A DNA stretch of 64,000 nt, from positions 83,568 through 147,567 of the IMG/VR virus record IMGVR_UViG_3300017917_001336; one strand, 5' to 3'. The position numbers and the translations under genes are program-made. This stretch comes from a virus. Of this stretch, positions 47,440 to 57,842 are shown piece after piece. Under the pieces are notes generated by a model. It was not told where the DNA came from and searched no databases. It saw only the letters and a program-made list of their open reading frames with translations. Positions within the stretch are counted from its first letter, which is position 1. Each line of letters opens with the position of its first letter.

Positions 47440-47775
47440 ATGAGAGCAAACGAGATTATTAGAAGCATACTAGATTTAATCGACGGTGTAGATCAAGAAC
47501 CTACAGTACAAATTGCTGTAGAACCTATCGACGATGTAGAAGATGAGTTTGCTGGCGACGATATCCGCAGATTTAAGCAAATTGTTGATCTAGCCAGTGA
47601 TGAAACAGACGGCACTAATAGTCCATTTTCAAATGCACCAAATGAAAAAGTAGCAGACATTGATGCTGTTACTGTTGATGCAGGCGGCGGTTGGCAAGAA
47701 CCTAAACATCCAGCAGATATACGTGGAGAACATCCTAGCATGTATCCAGCATATCAAGCAGGATTTGGAGAGTAA
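47440..47775 (+). CDS. acidic late protein (PKHPADIR)
   Basis: TAAATA at about 47415. Confidence 0.65.
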   Translation: MRANEIIRSILDLIDGVDQEPTVQIAVEPIDDVEDEFAGDDIRRFKQIVDLASDETDGTNSPFSNAPNEKVADIDAVTVDAGGGWQEPKHPADIRGEHPSMYPAYQAGFGE

Positions 47776-47776
47776 T

Positions 47777-49378
47777 ATGTCAGCAAACGGTATTGCACAT
47801 TTAGCAACTAAAGAATTAAGACAAAAAGCCAAACTTGATATTGCAAAAGCAAAACGTCAAGGTAAAGTTGTAGCAGACGATGGTACTGTAACAGGCAGTA
47901 TCGATCCAACAAAAAATTACTACCGTAGTAGAAACAACTACGACATTACAGAATTACCAACACAGTATGATGACAATGGTATTATTGATAATCCAAACGT
48001 AGGAGGACTAATTGTAGGTCGTCCATGGGTATCTGCTCCAGTATTTAATTTGCCATCAGGTATGAGTGAACATGAACCACTAGAAGGATCTGGAGGTAAC
48101 GATCCAACAGTACCTGGATCAGCATATCTATCAGCAGCCGCAAGTGGTATAAATGCAGCCTATGGAACACGCGGTACACCTTACGACCCAGGCGGCGCCA
48201 TTTCATCTGTTCCAAATAGTGCTAGTGGTTTATACAGAACCAAGTACCTTGGTAATGTATGGAGCACGTATGGAGCATTCAGCGAATTTGACGTAACTTG
48301 GTTTGACGATCCATTAATTGGCCCAATCGGCACTGACGTTTATGGATATGCCGGCTTTGGCCAGCGCCAAGACTTAGATGCTTTGCCAACATTAGAAGAC
48401 GGATATACATTACATTGGCAAGCCTACGTACAAGTACCAACTACAGGTACATATAATATATGGACTTCGGGTACAGACGATGATGCCGCAGTATGGATCG
48501 GTAATGCGGCGTACACACCAACATACGCAAACATGAACGGGTATGCTAGTAACAACCGTGTGCTAAGTTTAAACAGCGTTAAGTTAGTAGGCGGTCAGTG
48601 GTATCCAATGCGAATGGTATTCACCGAATTTGGCGGCTGGGAGCAATGCCAATGGTTCTTACAAAATAGTACCACTGGAGTTTTGTACAACGGTACAGAC
48701 TTAACATGGGCATACGACACATCAGTTAACGGAATTAATCCTAGCCTAACAACACCGCCATTCCCAGTAGTACAACTTGACGCTGGCGACATTCGCAGTT
48801 ATTCAGGATCAGGCTCGACCTGGACTAATATTACAGATAACACAGCGTACACTATTAACGCTGGATCATACAGTAGCGGCAATGGTGGATACATTAACTT
48901 TAACGGATTCAGTACTTATGTTGACATCGGCAATCCAATAAGTACCAACGGCAACTTTACTAAAGAAGCATGGGTAAGTCCTCAATCGTTATCTGGTGGT
49001 CACGTTATAATAGGATCGTATAGTAATCGTTTATTCTTTAATAATACTAATCTACAATGTAGTGCTAACGGTTCAAACATACTAATTAAAACAGGAGTAT
49101 CAACAGGTTGGCAACATGTAGTAGCAACATTTGATGACACTACAAATACCGCAACACTTTACATTAATGGTGTACAAGTAGTACAGAATACCAATATTAC
49201 CGCGCATTATACAGTGACACACGCTGAACGAGTTGGTTCTGATACTGATACAACTGGAACAACTGGTGCTAATTTCTTTGGTGGTAAGATAGCAATAGCC
49301 CGTGTTTACGACTATGCTATAGATAGCACTACAGTACTGGCAAACTTCAACGCTGAAAAAGCAAGGTTTGGATTATAA
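47777..49378 (+). CDS. virion protein with PA14-like and LamG/ConA-like domains
   Basis: TGTYNIW..TDDDAAVWIG..WYPMRMVFTEFGG; WQHVVATFD..LYING. Confidence 0.7.
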   Translation: MSANGIAHLATKELRQKAKLDIAKAKRQGKVVADDGTVTGSIDPTKNYYRSRNNYDITELPTQYDDNGIIDNPNVGGLIVGRPWVSAPVFNLPSGMSEHEPLEGSGGNDPTVPGSAYLSAAASGINAAYGTRGTPYDPGGAISSVPNSASGLYRTKYLGNVWSTYGAFSEFDVTWFDDPLIGPIGTDVYGYAGFGQRQDLDALPTLEDGYTLHWQAYVQVPTTGTYNIWTSGTDDDAAVWIGNAAYTPTYANMNGYASNNRVLSLNSVKLVGGQWYPMRMVFTEFGGWEQCQWFLQNSTTGVLYNGTDLTWAYDTSVNGINPSLTTPPFPVVQLDAGDIRSYSGSGSTWTNITDNTAYTINAGSYSSGNGGYINFNGFSTYVDIGNPISTNGNFTKEAWVSPQSLSGGHVIIGSYSNRLFFNNTNLQCSANGSNILIKTGVSTGWQHVVATFDDTTNTATLYINGVQVVQNTNITAHYTVTHAERVGSDTDTTGTTGANFFGGKIAIARVYDYAIDSTTVLANFNAEKARFGL

Positions 49379-49381
49379 TAT

Positions 49382-51457
49382 ATGGGCGTTCAACAACCTA
49401 ATTCAACTAACTACCAGCATCCGCACGAGTCTAACCTATTAGACTTGCACAATGTCATGCAGTATAACAATGCAGGAGAACCGGTTGCTCGCGTTCACGT
49501 TGACGGCATCAGTATAGAAGGCGATGTTGTTGTAGATAAAGTTAAACTGTGGGATGGAACAAACAATCTCATATTTGACATGCCTAACAATGATGGAGAA
49601 ACTGCTCCAATATCATTGCCCACAGAAAACCACAACATGGTGTTTAACGGTTCTACCTGGGATCGTATGCGTGGCAACACTACAGATGGTGTGCTAACAA
49701 AGATAACCAATAGTTATCTTGCTGTCAGCAAAGACACTAATGCCAACAGCGACAGCAATCGTATATTTGTCAATGCTACAGGTACAGTAGAGTTAGGCAC
49801 AGCATCACTAGCCGCATTAGAAAACATAGGTGTAACTGGTACGGTCACAGTACAGGATGGCGGTGGATCAATCACCGTAGATGGTAATGTCACAGCTACT
49901 ATTACAGGTACTCCTGTGTTTGCTAGAGAAGAAACAGCAAGTACCGTTACAGCATTTGGTGAACAGTATGGAGTAACTATCACTCCTGTTATCCAGTTAG
50001 ACAGCATCTACGGCATCACAGACGAAGTTATACAGACTTATACCAACGGCACAGGTGCAAGCGCCACAGCCACACCACAGCAAGGACTATGGACCATACA
50101 GTCAGGAACTACAGCCTATGGTTACGGTGTGTTACGAAGTCGCAGATTCCTACGCTACCGTCCAGGTCAAGGTGCCCTTGCCCGCTTCACAGCCGCATTC
50201 AGCCCTACAGTAGCACTGACCAGCCAACGTGCTGGATTGGCCAATCAGGAAAATGCTATACAGATTGGCATCAATGATGATGGAGTCAATGGTCCACGGT
50301 TTGGTATATTAAGAGCATCAGGCGGCAAGACGCAGATTGTGGTACTGACCATCAATACAGCACCAACGGGTAGTCAAACAGCCACAGTAACTCTCAATGG
50401 TGTAGCTTTTACTGTGTCTATCACAGCAGGCACTACCACGGCCACAGCAGTAGCAATTAATAAAGCAGATGGATTCACAGGCTGGCTGACAGATCAAGTA
50501 GACAACACTATTGTGTTTATGAGTACTTCACTAGGAGCCAAGTCAGGAACTTACAGTTTTTCAAGCTCAGGTACAGGCACACTGGCCGCGGGCACATTCA
50601 GCACTAAACAGGTTGGTGTGGCACAGACAGAACACTGGACTTATCAAACAGATTTTAACGTTGACAGACTAGACGGCAGCAAAGGAACACCCAGCGACAT
50701 CGGTAAAAACCCTAGTGGTATGACTCTACACAGTCAATATCTAAATGTCTATCAGATCAACTTCCGTTGGCTTGGAGCAGGTGAAATACGTTTTGCTATT
50801 GAAAACGAACTAAATGGACAAGTAGTGTTCTTCCATCGCATACACTATACTAATCAAAATAGCTTACCACACGTACTACAGCCCAGTTTCAAACTTGGCT
50901 ATGTCAGTTACAACATAGGTTCAACTACCAATGCTACTGTAACAGGTGCTTCGATGATGGCAGCTATCGAAGGCGAAATAAAACAAAACGAGCTAAATCG
51001 CAGTTGTGAAAGCGTTAAATCAAACCTAGCACAAAACACTCTACATCACTTGCTGACCCTGAGAAATCCTTATGTGACCAACGGAGCGGTAGGAGCCTTA
51101 AATGGCAACTATCTACTCAACGCCAAAGAGATCATATTGAAAGACATCAGTGTTGCTCTACAAGGGCAGGATCCTGGTATAATCTACATATTCTACAATG
51201 CTACCAGCTTTTCAGGAACGCACACATTTACCAGCCAGCCCAAAGACAACGGTTTTATCAGCACGGTAGACGGTACACTAGATAGCACAGTAGACACAGC
51301 CATATGCCGTTTCGTTACTGCTATCAACGGTGAAAGTGAATATAAACTCAGCGATTTCCGTATTGCTATTCCTCCAGGTGACAGCGTTAGCATTGGTATC
51401 CGTAGCACTAACGGTATCACACGCTTGTCCTTAGCAATGGTATTCAGCGAGGATTAA
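49382..51457 (+). CDS. large beta-rich virion structural protein
   Basis: 691 aa, Thr/Gly-rich; RYRPGQG, WLGAG. Confidence 0.6.
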   Translation: MGVQQPNSTNYQHPHESNLLDLHNVMQYNNAGEPVARVHVDGISIEGDVVVDKVKLWDGTNNLIFDMPNNDGETAPISLPTENHNMVFNGSTWDRMRGNTTDGVLTKITNSYLAVSKDTNANSDSNRIFVNATGTVELGTASLAALENIGVTGTVTVQDGGGSITVDGNVTATITGTPVFAREETASTVTAFGEQYGVTITPVIQLDSIYGITDEVIQTYTNGTGASATATPQQGLWTIQSGTTAYGYGVLRSRRFLRYRPGQGALARFTAAFSPTVALTSQRAGLANQENAIQIGINDDGVNGPRFGILRASGGKTQIVVLTINTAPTGSQTATVTLNGVAFTVSITAGTTTATAVAINKADGFTGWLTDQVDNTIVFMSTSLGAKSGTYSFSSSGTGTLAAGTFSTKQVGVAQTEHWTYQTDFNVDRLDGSKGTPSDIGKNPSGMTLHSQYLNVYQINFRWLGAGEIRFAIENELNGQVVFFHRIHYTNQNSLPHVLQPSFKLGYVSYNIGSTTNATVTGASMMAAIEGEIKQNELNRSCESVKSNLAQNTLHHLLTLRNPYVTNGAVGALNGNYLLNAKEIILKDISVALQGQDPGIIYIFYNATSFSGTHTFTSQPKDNGFISTVDGTLDSTVDTAICRFVTAINGESEYKLSDFRIAIPPGDSVSIGIRSTNGITRLSLAMVFSED

Positions 51458-51470
51458 GATAAGTAATAAT

Positions 51471-51878
51471 ATGAAAGTAAAAGAACTCCTAAACGAAAGC
51501 CTAGAACGCAAAGACACTTACAGTATCCTATTGGACTTTATACGTTTTGCCGCTGAACACTTAGAACTTACTAAGTTACCTAAGTTTGATTTCTTATTTG
51601 ATACTAAGAAAAGTTTAGAGCACAAGAGCTTTGGTGGATACAGTACCGAAAAGCACATCAACATTACTGTTGTTAATCGTCACATCATGGATGTGTGCCG
51701 CACGTTAGCACATGAGCTTGTACATTTCAAGCAAGATCTAAATGATCAGTTAACGGGCGAAAATCCAGGTGCAACCGGTAGTCCCCAAGAAAATGAAGCC
51801 AACGCAGAAGCCGCAGTTATTATGCGGAACTGGGGTAAGAAACATCCAGATCTGTTTGATAAAGAAAGCATATCATAA
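51471..51878 (+). CDS. small HExxH metallopeptidase-like protein
   Basis: RTLAHELVH..Q...ENEANAEA. Confidence 0.65.
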   Translation: MKVKELLNESLERKDTYSILLDFIRFAAEHLELTKLPKFDFLFDTKKSLEHKSFGGYSTEKHINITVVNRHIMDVCRTLAHELVHFKQDLNDQLTGENPGATGSPQENEANAEAAVIMRNWGKKHPDLFDKESIS

Positions 51879-51879
51879 G

Positions 51880-51901
51880 AAAAGGGCTCTGAGAGCCCTT
51901 T
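51880..51901. terminator. bidirectional intrinsic terminator
   Basis: AAAGGGCTC-TGA-GAGCCCTTT between convergent genes. Confidence 0.8.
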
Positions 51902-51937
51902 AATGTTTTTATAGTATCAACCTACTAAAAGCTATGC

Positions 51938-52204
51938 TTACTTCTTAACTCCGGCATTAACGAAGCCATAGAATTTTTCAGCAGCCTCTAAAACTTTTTC
52001 AAGTCCTGGAAACTCTGGCATACCTACCTTAGTAATAATTTGTCCTGTCTTAGCATCACGTTCTGCTGATACTTCCCAGCCTGCAAACTTAGCATGATAT
52101 TCTTGCTCAACATGTTCTTTAGCCATGGCTAAGATATCAGCACGGATTTCATAGCCGTTCTTGTTGAATTTTACTTCTGGTAGCTTTGGTGTAAATTCTG
52201 ACAT
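51938..52204 (-). CDS. hypothetical protein (NGYEIRADILAMAK)
   Basis: AAGGAG RBS at MSEFTPK. Confidence 0.7.
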   Translation of the reverse strand: MSEFTPKLPEVKFNKNGYEIRADILAMAKEHVEQEYHAKFAGWEVSAERDAKTGQIITKVGMPEFPGLEKVLEAAEKFYGFVNAGVKK

Positions 52205-52205
52205 A

Positions 52206-52424
52206 TTAAGCTCCTTTCTTTGCGTAGATTGCATCGGTAGCACTTTTGTAAACTGCTTGTGCAATGCTTAATGATGTTTGGTAAGAACCTTTAACAAACT
52301 TAGCGTGAGCTTCAGTTAACTTAACTAGTTCTGCTTGTAATTTCTTGTCTGAAACGTAGGTTTCTACGAAAGACTTTTGAGCACCTTGAACGGTGTCAAC
52401 GATTGTATCAAATGATGTAAACAT
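52206..52424 (-). CDS. small amphipathic helical protein, phasin-like
   Basis: AGGAG RBS; all-helical amphipathic pattern. Confidence 0.45.
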   Translation of the reverse strand: MFTSFDTIVDTVQGAQKSFVETYVSDKKLQAELVKLTEAHAKFVKGSYQTSLSIAQAVYKSATDAIYAKKGA

Positions 52425-52510
52425 ATTTTTCTCCTGTGTGTATGTTTTTGTTAACAGTTACTTCTTTTTCACTGTTAGCTTATTATATATCTCTTTCATT
52501 AAAAAAGCAA

Positions 52511-53086
52511 CTATTTTCTGAACTTTTTTATTCGTTCTTTAATAATATCAACTACTGGCTCGGCCAAAACTACTTCATAATGATTGTAGTCTACTTCTAC
52601 TAGTTCCATATCTTCATGATGTTTTTGACTAGCAACTGTAACTACGCCATCGTTATGTACTAACATAAAGGGGCTTTGTCCCTTTACTGTAACAACATTA
52701 GTCCAAGGATGCTGTATCTTAATCTTACTAGCCTGTTTAAATGCCCAGCTATTTGGTCCGATATCTCGCATTAATCGACTAAACGGTAAAAAGTATTTGG
52801 CATAGTCAGCTACTTCAGCACCTCCATACGGTGTGCTTAATGTTACTGCTCCTAACACTTGGTTGGGTAAAGTGTTAGCAATGTGTAAACTATAGATACC
52901 ACCCAAACTGTGCGCTACAAAAGCGATGTCTTTAACTCCAGATAGCTTATCAAGCATGTCATTTAAGTTATTTTCAAATCCATTACGACTGTCGTAATCG
53001 ATATCAATACCTTTGCCTAACTTACTTCTGATATAGTTAAAACTTTCACTGGTAGCACTGGCTCCGTGAATATAAACTAGCGTCAT
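52511..53086 (-). CDS. alpha/beta hydrolase
   Basis: YIHGA, AHSLGG nucleophile elbow, NDGVV, NHYE. Confidence 0.85.
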   Translation of the reverse strand: MTLVYIHGASATSESFNYIRSKLGKGIDIDYDSRNGFENNLNDMLDKLSGVKDIAFVAHSLGGIYSLHIANTLPNQVLGAVTLSTPYGGAEVADYAKYFLPFSRLMRDIGPNSWAFKQASKIKIQHPWTNVVTVKGQSPFMLVHNDGVVTVASQKHHEDMELVEVDYNHYEVVLAEPVVDIIKERIKKFRK

Positions 53087-53282
53087 CAGTTATTTATTGA
53101 GCTATCACCAAATAAACAATTATAGCAACAATAGCCCATGCAGCTAACTTTTCTCCGTACTCAGCTTCAACTTGCTCTATTTTTTTAATAATATCCGCCA
53201 TTACGATATCCTTTACGATTGCGATATTCGTGCAATGATTCAGCGCAGGCAATTAAAAAATTCCAAACGTATTTGATAGGCT

Positions 53283-53462
53283 TCATAGGTATTGCTCCTT
53301 GTGAGAGTAGTTGAACTCGCGAATGTAGTTTTCGAGTTGGGCGGCATCGGTAATGCCTTTGGTACTTAGATAAGAATCTAAGCGTGATTGATAAGAGCTA
53401 TTTGGAAACATCTCTGCTAGACGCTCTAAAATGGCTAGCATTTTTCTTGATAGGGTTTGCAT
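53283..53462 (-). CDS. 59-aa hypothetical protein (DUF3563-like pattern)
   Basis: GAGGA RBS; YLS...DAAQLENYIREF. Confidence 0.5.
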   Translation of the reverse strand: MQTLSRKMLAILERLAEMFPNSSYQSRLDSYLSTKGITDAAQLENYIREFNYSHKEQYL

Positions 53463-53612
53463 TTTACTGTCCTCTGTAAGTGTGTGTAGTAACTCATGGT
53501 TTCTACTGAGTATTTATATTTTATTAACGCATCGCAACATGAATTTGTTGCCACTTGATTTCGTCAAATCTTTATGTTACAATACGATAAATATCTGTAG
53601 GATACTAATAAA

Positions 53613-53867
53613 ATGCGTAAAAGTACAAGATCAATTCTGCAAGGCCTCTCTGACCTAGGACTTAATCGTGACACCGAATTAGTCATAGAAAGCCGTGGTT
53701 CAAACTTAATACAAAGTGCAATCAATCTATTAGATATGATTAGAGAAACATATGATGTTGAAACAGCAGCAGAATTAGAGCGCCGATTTATTAATTCTAT
53801 TAAAGCAAGTGATCCTGCAAAATTTAAGCGTGGTATCAAACGCATTCAAGAGAGTAAAGATCAATGA
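53613..53867 (+). CDS. conserved late hypothetical protein
   Basis: TAAATA and AGGA RBS. Confidence 0.7.
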   Translation: MRKSTRSILQGLSDLGLNRDTELVIESRGSNLIQSAINLLDMIRETYDVETAAELERRFINSIKASDPAKFKRGIKRIQESKDQ

Positions 53868-54706
53868 GCGGTTCAGCGTTAAAAAAGCTAGGGATTGATA
53901 CACTAGATAATAATCCTACTAAAGGTGTACTTGTACGTCTAAGCCCTAAGCAATTTTTACAAATTAAACAAGGACTACAACCTGTATTGGCTGCACTAGG
54001 CGACAAGGGTGTTTGGACTAGTGGTGGCGCAGGCAGTTTTGATCCAGAGCATCGTTTTGCTAGTAAAGGTACAACTAAAATAGACAGCGGTGATGTAGAT
54101 GTATTCATAGATACAGCCCTACTTAAACAAAAACTTAACTTAGATCCAGAAATGGACGATCCAGCTGTGCGTAAAGTTTTAGCTGGTCATATGGTTAAAC
54201 ACTATCCAACTATTCAAATTGGTAAAAACGTGCATATTGGTTACCCAGTAGGTAAAGAAATAGAAGGATTGCCAGCTTACTTTCAGGTAGACTTAATGAC
54301 TATGGCTCATGCACATGAAATTGCTCGACATCACGAACATGATTATAGTGTTAAAGATAGTCCGTATGGCGGGCAGGATCAACAATTTGCTCTAGCCAGT
54401 TTAGTTAACACAATTCCAGGTGCTCCCGAAAGAACATATCAATATAATGGCTTTGGCGGCGCATTACAAAATCGTGCCACTGGTGAAGTTATTACACGTG
54501 ATATCGATAAAATAGCAGAAATTGTGCTAGGTAAAGGAGCAACAGGTGACATGCTAGGAAATGTAGAAAGCATGATTGCCGCAGTAGGCGGAATTGATAG
54601 CCCAAGATTAGCGCAATTCCGTGATGATATGGCTAAAAAGTACCCGCACTTAAAAGAAGGGTCTATAGACTGGTTTAAAGCTATACGCTCAAAATTAGCC
54701 GTATAA
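53864..54706 (+). CDS. nucleotidyltransferase-fold protein
   Basis: GS...SGDVDVFID and distal QVDLM. Confidence 0.55.
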   Translation: MSGSALKKLGIDTLDNNPTKGVLVRLSPKQFLQIKQGLQPVLAALGDKGVWTSGGAGSFDPEHRFASKGTTKIDSGDVDVFIDTALLKQKLNLDPEMDDPAVRKVLAGHMVKHYPTIQIGKNVHIGYPVGKEIEGLPAYFQVDLMTMAHAHEIARHHEHDYSVKDSPYGGQDQQFALASLVNTIPGAPERTYQYNGFGGALQNRATGEVITRDIDKIAEIVLGKGATGDMLGNVESMIAAVGGIDSPRLAQFRDDMAKKYPHLKEGSIDWFKAIRSKLAV

Positions 54707-54791
54707 GCCCATTTTTAAACTTCAATACTAAATACATATACAAAGCTCACAGAGTAGTGGGCATTGATAAGCATATACGAGGAGAAAAATT

Positions 54792-55220
54792 ATGCCATCA
54801 TTAATCGGAACAACAGTTGCCGCTAACTACGGCAAGATGACAGCACAACAAACCTACGGCGTAGGTGAAGTTTATAGCAACTTTGGTACACGTCAATTAA
54901 CTTTCATTAAAGTTGTTGTATCAGGTGGTTCAACACCAGACCTAAGCACAAACTACAACACAGATCCTTTCAGCAACTTTGCTAAGGCTGTTCGTGCTTT
55001 ACAAAATCAAAACGAAATTTATTTCTTAGGCGTACCAAGCTCAACAGCTTTTGTTGCAGCTATTTCTTACGACACACAAGTTGGTGCAGAAACATCTAGC
55101 AACACACAAGCAACTACTTATGGTCAATTAGAAAGCGATGTTTACAAAGCATTAGGATCATGGGGTTCAGGTGCAGTAACAGTTAGCGTTCTAACAGCTA
55201 GCGGTGCTTCTATTGCTTAA
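54792..55220 (+). CDS. highly expressed virion structural protein
   Basis: TAAATA, GAGGAG RBS, own terminator, biased codon use. Confidence 0.6.
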   Translation: MPSLIGTTVAANYGKMTAQQTYGVGEVYSNFGTRQLTFIKVVVSGGSTPDLSTNYNTDPFSNFAKAVRALQNQNEIYFLGVPSSTAFVAAISYDTQVGAETSSNTQATTYGQLESDVYKALGSWGSGAVTVSVLTASGASIA

Positions 55221-55258
55221 TAGCAATTTTTAATTCTCATCGGGATGGGAAGCAAATC

Positions 55259-55281
55259 AGGACTCTTCGGAGTCCTTTTTT
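55259..55281 (+). terminator. intrinsic terminator with UUCG tetraloop
   Basis: GGACTC-TTCG-GAGTCC followed by T6. Confidence 0.9.
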
Positions 55282-55299
55282 GTTGGCGTAAATATACGC

Positions 55300-55701
55300 A
55301 TGGATTATAAGCTATACACTACTGTCGACATAACTAATACTGGGCAATATAGAACAGAGCCTGGCAAAGAGCATTTGCGTTGGAAAGAGCAAAACTTCCA
55401 AACAGTATTATTAACTTTAGGTATTAGAGCAAATGTCACATACTCATTAAAACCTACAATAACAGAAGTAAAAGGGAGTCTAGTTGGGTTTGAAACTGAC
55501 GAAATAATACGTGTATGGCGTTTTGATTTTAGAACTGAACGTGAACATTTATTTGAATCAAACAAAGATCCTGTTGGATATTTACTAGAAGATTTTAACG
55601 GAGTACCGTTCATAAGTGGGTTAGACGAAAGTATGCAACAAAATCTCGATGTTTTTGTTACAGATGGTCCATCACGAAATATTGTTTTTAAACAAAAATA
55701 A
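55300..55701 (+). CDS. conserved late hypothetical protein (TTVDITNTG..QNF)
   Basis: TAAATA upstream. Confidence 0.65.
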   Translation: MDYKLYTTVDITNTGQYRTEPGKEHLRWKEQNFQTVLLTLGIRANVTYSLKPTITEVKGSLVGFETDEIIRVWRFDFRTEREHLFESNKDPVGYLLEDFNGVPFISGLDESMQQNLDVFVTDGPSRNIVFKQK

Positions 55702-55786
55702 TAAATATATCAAAGGCTCCAAACTAGGCAATTAATCATACACTAAGGAACGTCCTTAGACACATTAATTAACAGGATAAAAACTA

Positions 55787-56086
55787 ATGCCAACAGTTGC
55801 AGAGCGAGTAAGCGTACTTGAAACAAAGATTGAAAACTTTGATGAAAAGTTAGACGATGTCAAAAATGACATTACCTCTAACCACTCCGATTTAAAAACA
55901 CAACTCAAAACGATGTACGATGCTAGCTGTCAACAACACGCAGAGCTTGCTGGCAAAATCAAAGACCTAGAAGGCATTAAAGACAGATGGATCAAATGGA
56001 CTATGATTGTCCTAGCATTTGCAGCAGGTGCAGGTTGGATTGGTAATGCAAACTTACCAACTATTTTAAAATTCATTGGCCTATAA
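55787..56086 (+). CDS. coiled-coil protein with C-terminal TM (holin/XhlA-like architecture)
   Basis: ERVSVLETKI coiled coil followed by a TM helix. Confidence 0.5.
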   Translation: MPTVAERVSVLETKIENFDEKLDDVKNDITSNHSDLKTQLKTMYDASCQQHAELAGKIKDLEGIKDRWIKWTMIVLAFAAGAGWIGNANLPTILKFIGL

Positions 56087-56099
56087 TAGTAAATAATGA

Positions 56100-56798
56100 A
56101 TGAAAGTCCAAGAGCTATCCCCAGCGCCAATAACGCACAACATTGAACTTAATCCTAAGCTCTGGGACAATACGTCTCTCATACCAGAAGTAAGACACAA
56201 GTTATTAGTCATAGCAAAACATTTTGCTGACTATCTTAACGTAGATCGTCTAAATCTTAAAGACATTACAATTAGCGGATCTAACGCTAGCTATGGATAT
56301 AATGATAGCAGTGATGTAGATTTGCATTTAGTTTGTATTGTTGACCCATCACAAGCAGAGTTGTTTGATGCAAAGAAAAATGTATACAACTCTCGATATA
56401 ATATTAAAATCAAAGATATTGATGTAGAACTGTATGTGCAGGACTATAAGCAAAAGCATCATTCATCCGGCATATATTCTGTACTAAACAATAAATGGTT
56501 AAACGAGCCAAAAAAAGAAGCGCCACGTGCTACTGCCCAAGAAGTTAAAAGTAAAGCCCGTAATTATGCTGGCCGTATCAATCAAGCACTTCGCTCTAAA
56601 AATTTAGAAACAGCTAAAGAAACTATGGCTAACATACGCAGGTTACGCCAAGCAGGTTTAGAAAAGGGCGGAGAACATTCTGTAGAAAACTTAGCATTTA
56701 AGTTGCTCAGAGCTCGCGGCCAAATTGATAAATTGCGTAAATACATAGATAAATTAGAAAGTGCTAGTCTTAGCATTGGAGAAAAACATGAAAGTTAA
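56100..56798 (+). CDS. nucleotidyltransferase (Pol-beta superfamily)
   Basis: ISGSNASYGYNDSSDVDLH, VELYVQD, GEHSVENLAFKLLR. Confidence 0.7.
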   Translation: MKVQELSPAPITHNIELNPKLWDNTSLIPEVRHKLLVIAKHFADYLNVDRLNLKDITISGSNASYGYNDSSDVDLHLVCIVDPSQAELFDAKKNVYNSRYNIKIKDIDVELYVQDYKQKHHSSGIYSVLNNKWLNEPKKEAPRATAQEVKSKARNYAGRINQALRSKNLETAKETMANIRRLRQAGLEKGGEHSVENLAFKLLRARGQIDKLRKYIDKLESASLSIGEKHES

Positions 56799-57579
56799 AC
56801 AAATCGTAGGCGAACACAAAAAAGGTGTGAGAGCAATGAAGTATGGCAAAAAGACCAAAGGTGCAGTACCTATTTACGGTCCTGATGCTAAAGATGCTAA
56901 ACTAAAACCAGTTAAACCTGTTGGGCCTGGAGCAAAATTAGATGAAGCTGGTGATGTTATCAAACAATATGAACCAGGAAAATTAGTTACTACTGATAAT
57001 CCACAAACTGGTGTAAGCACTACTGTTGACCTAACTAAATCTCCAGGAGCACTTCGTCCTACAGACAAAGGTACATTAGAACTTGATCCAACCCCTGCGG
57101 CAGGAACAGTGGGCTCTACTGGCGGCCAAGCGGCACCAAAAATTGCTCCAGGGGCTCCAGTTACAGTAGCAGACGATGACAAAGCAGTTTCTGAAGAAAC
57201 ACCAGATGCAATCAAACAACAATATGTAACACAATTAACACAACTGATGCAAACTGCCCAGCAACCATGGGAAAAGAAACAATTAGAATATAGACTAAAA
57301 GCTGTTCAAGACGGTATGGTTCCAACTACAGGCACTGGCGGAGCAATTAAAGTGCTACCTCCAGTAGAATGGGAACGCTCAACTAACCCAACGGTTATTG
57401 CTAGAATTATTGGCAAGGACGGACTAAGCCCAGAGTATCTACAAAAATCTAATATGATTGGTAGAGGATTAGATTACATCGGACTTCCAGGAAAGAATCC
57501 AGTTAATCCCGACTTAAAGTTTGAATCTGAAGATGATAAGTTACTAAACAAAATGTTAACTATTGCTGGTCTAAGATGA
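56788..57579 (+). CDS. late hypothetical protein (MLTIAGLR C-terminus)
   Basis: GGAG RBS; leader MKVKQIVGE. Confidence 0.6.
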   Translation: MKVKQIVGEHKKGVRAMKYGKKTKGAVPIYGPDAKDAKLKPVKPVGPGAKLDEAGDVIKQYEPGKLVTTDNPQTGVSTTVDLTKSPGALRPTDKGTLELDPTPAAGTVGSTGGQAAPKIAPGAPVTVADDDKAVSEETPDAIKQQYVTQLTQLMQTAQQPWEKKQLEYRLKAVQDGMVPTTGTGGAIKVLPPVEWERSTNPTVIARIIGKDGLSPEYLQKSNMIGRGLDYIGLPGKNPVNPDLKFESEDDKLLNKMLTIAGLR

Positions 57580-57842
57580 GAATAAGCGAGCTTATACAGG
57601 GGTTTGATTTTCAACCCCCTAAAAATCAAAAAGTGTATAACATACTTGACGAGTTTGAAGTATGGACAACACTTGAAGAATTAGAGCTCCTTAAAAAGCT
57701 ACAAAAGCCTATTAAAATCTCAAAGCTCACAGAACATGAGCAATTCACAATCCAGGCTATGATTCGTAAAAGTTTGGTAACTAAGATAGGGATGGAAGAT
57801 CCTATGGTAGTAGCCAATGAAAAAACTAACGAAGAAGACTAA
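57576..57842 (+). CDS. hypothetical protein
   Basis: ATGA overlap. Confidence 0.6.
   Translation: MRISELIQGFDFQPPKNQKVYNILDEFEVWTTLEELELLKKLQKPIKISKLTEHEQFTIQAMIRKSLVTKIGMEDPMVVANEKTNEED

Noticed and set aside
49382-51457. Apparent shift in codon usage (more CAG, ACC, GCC) suggesting recent acquisition
   Set aside because: Impression by eye only; module exchange in structural genes is ordinary.
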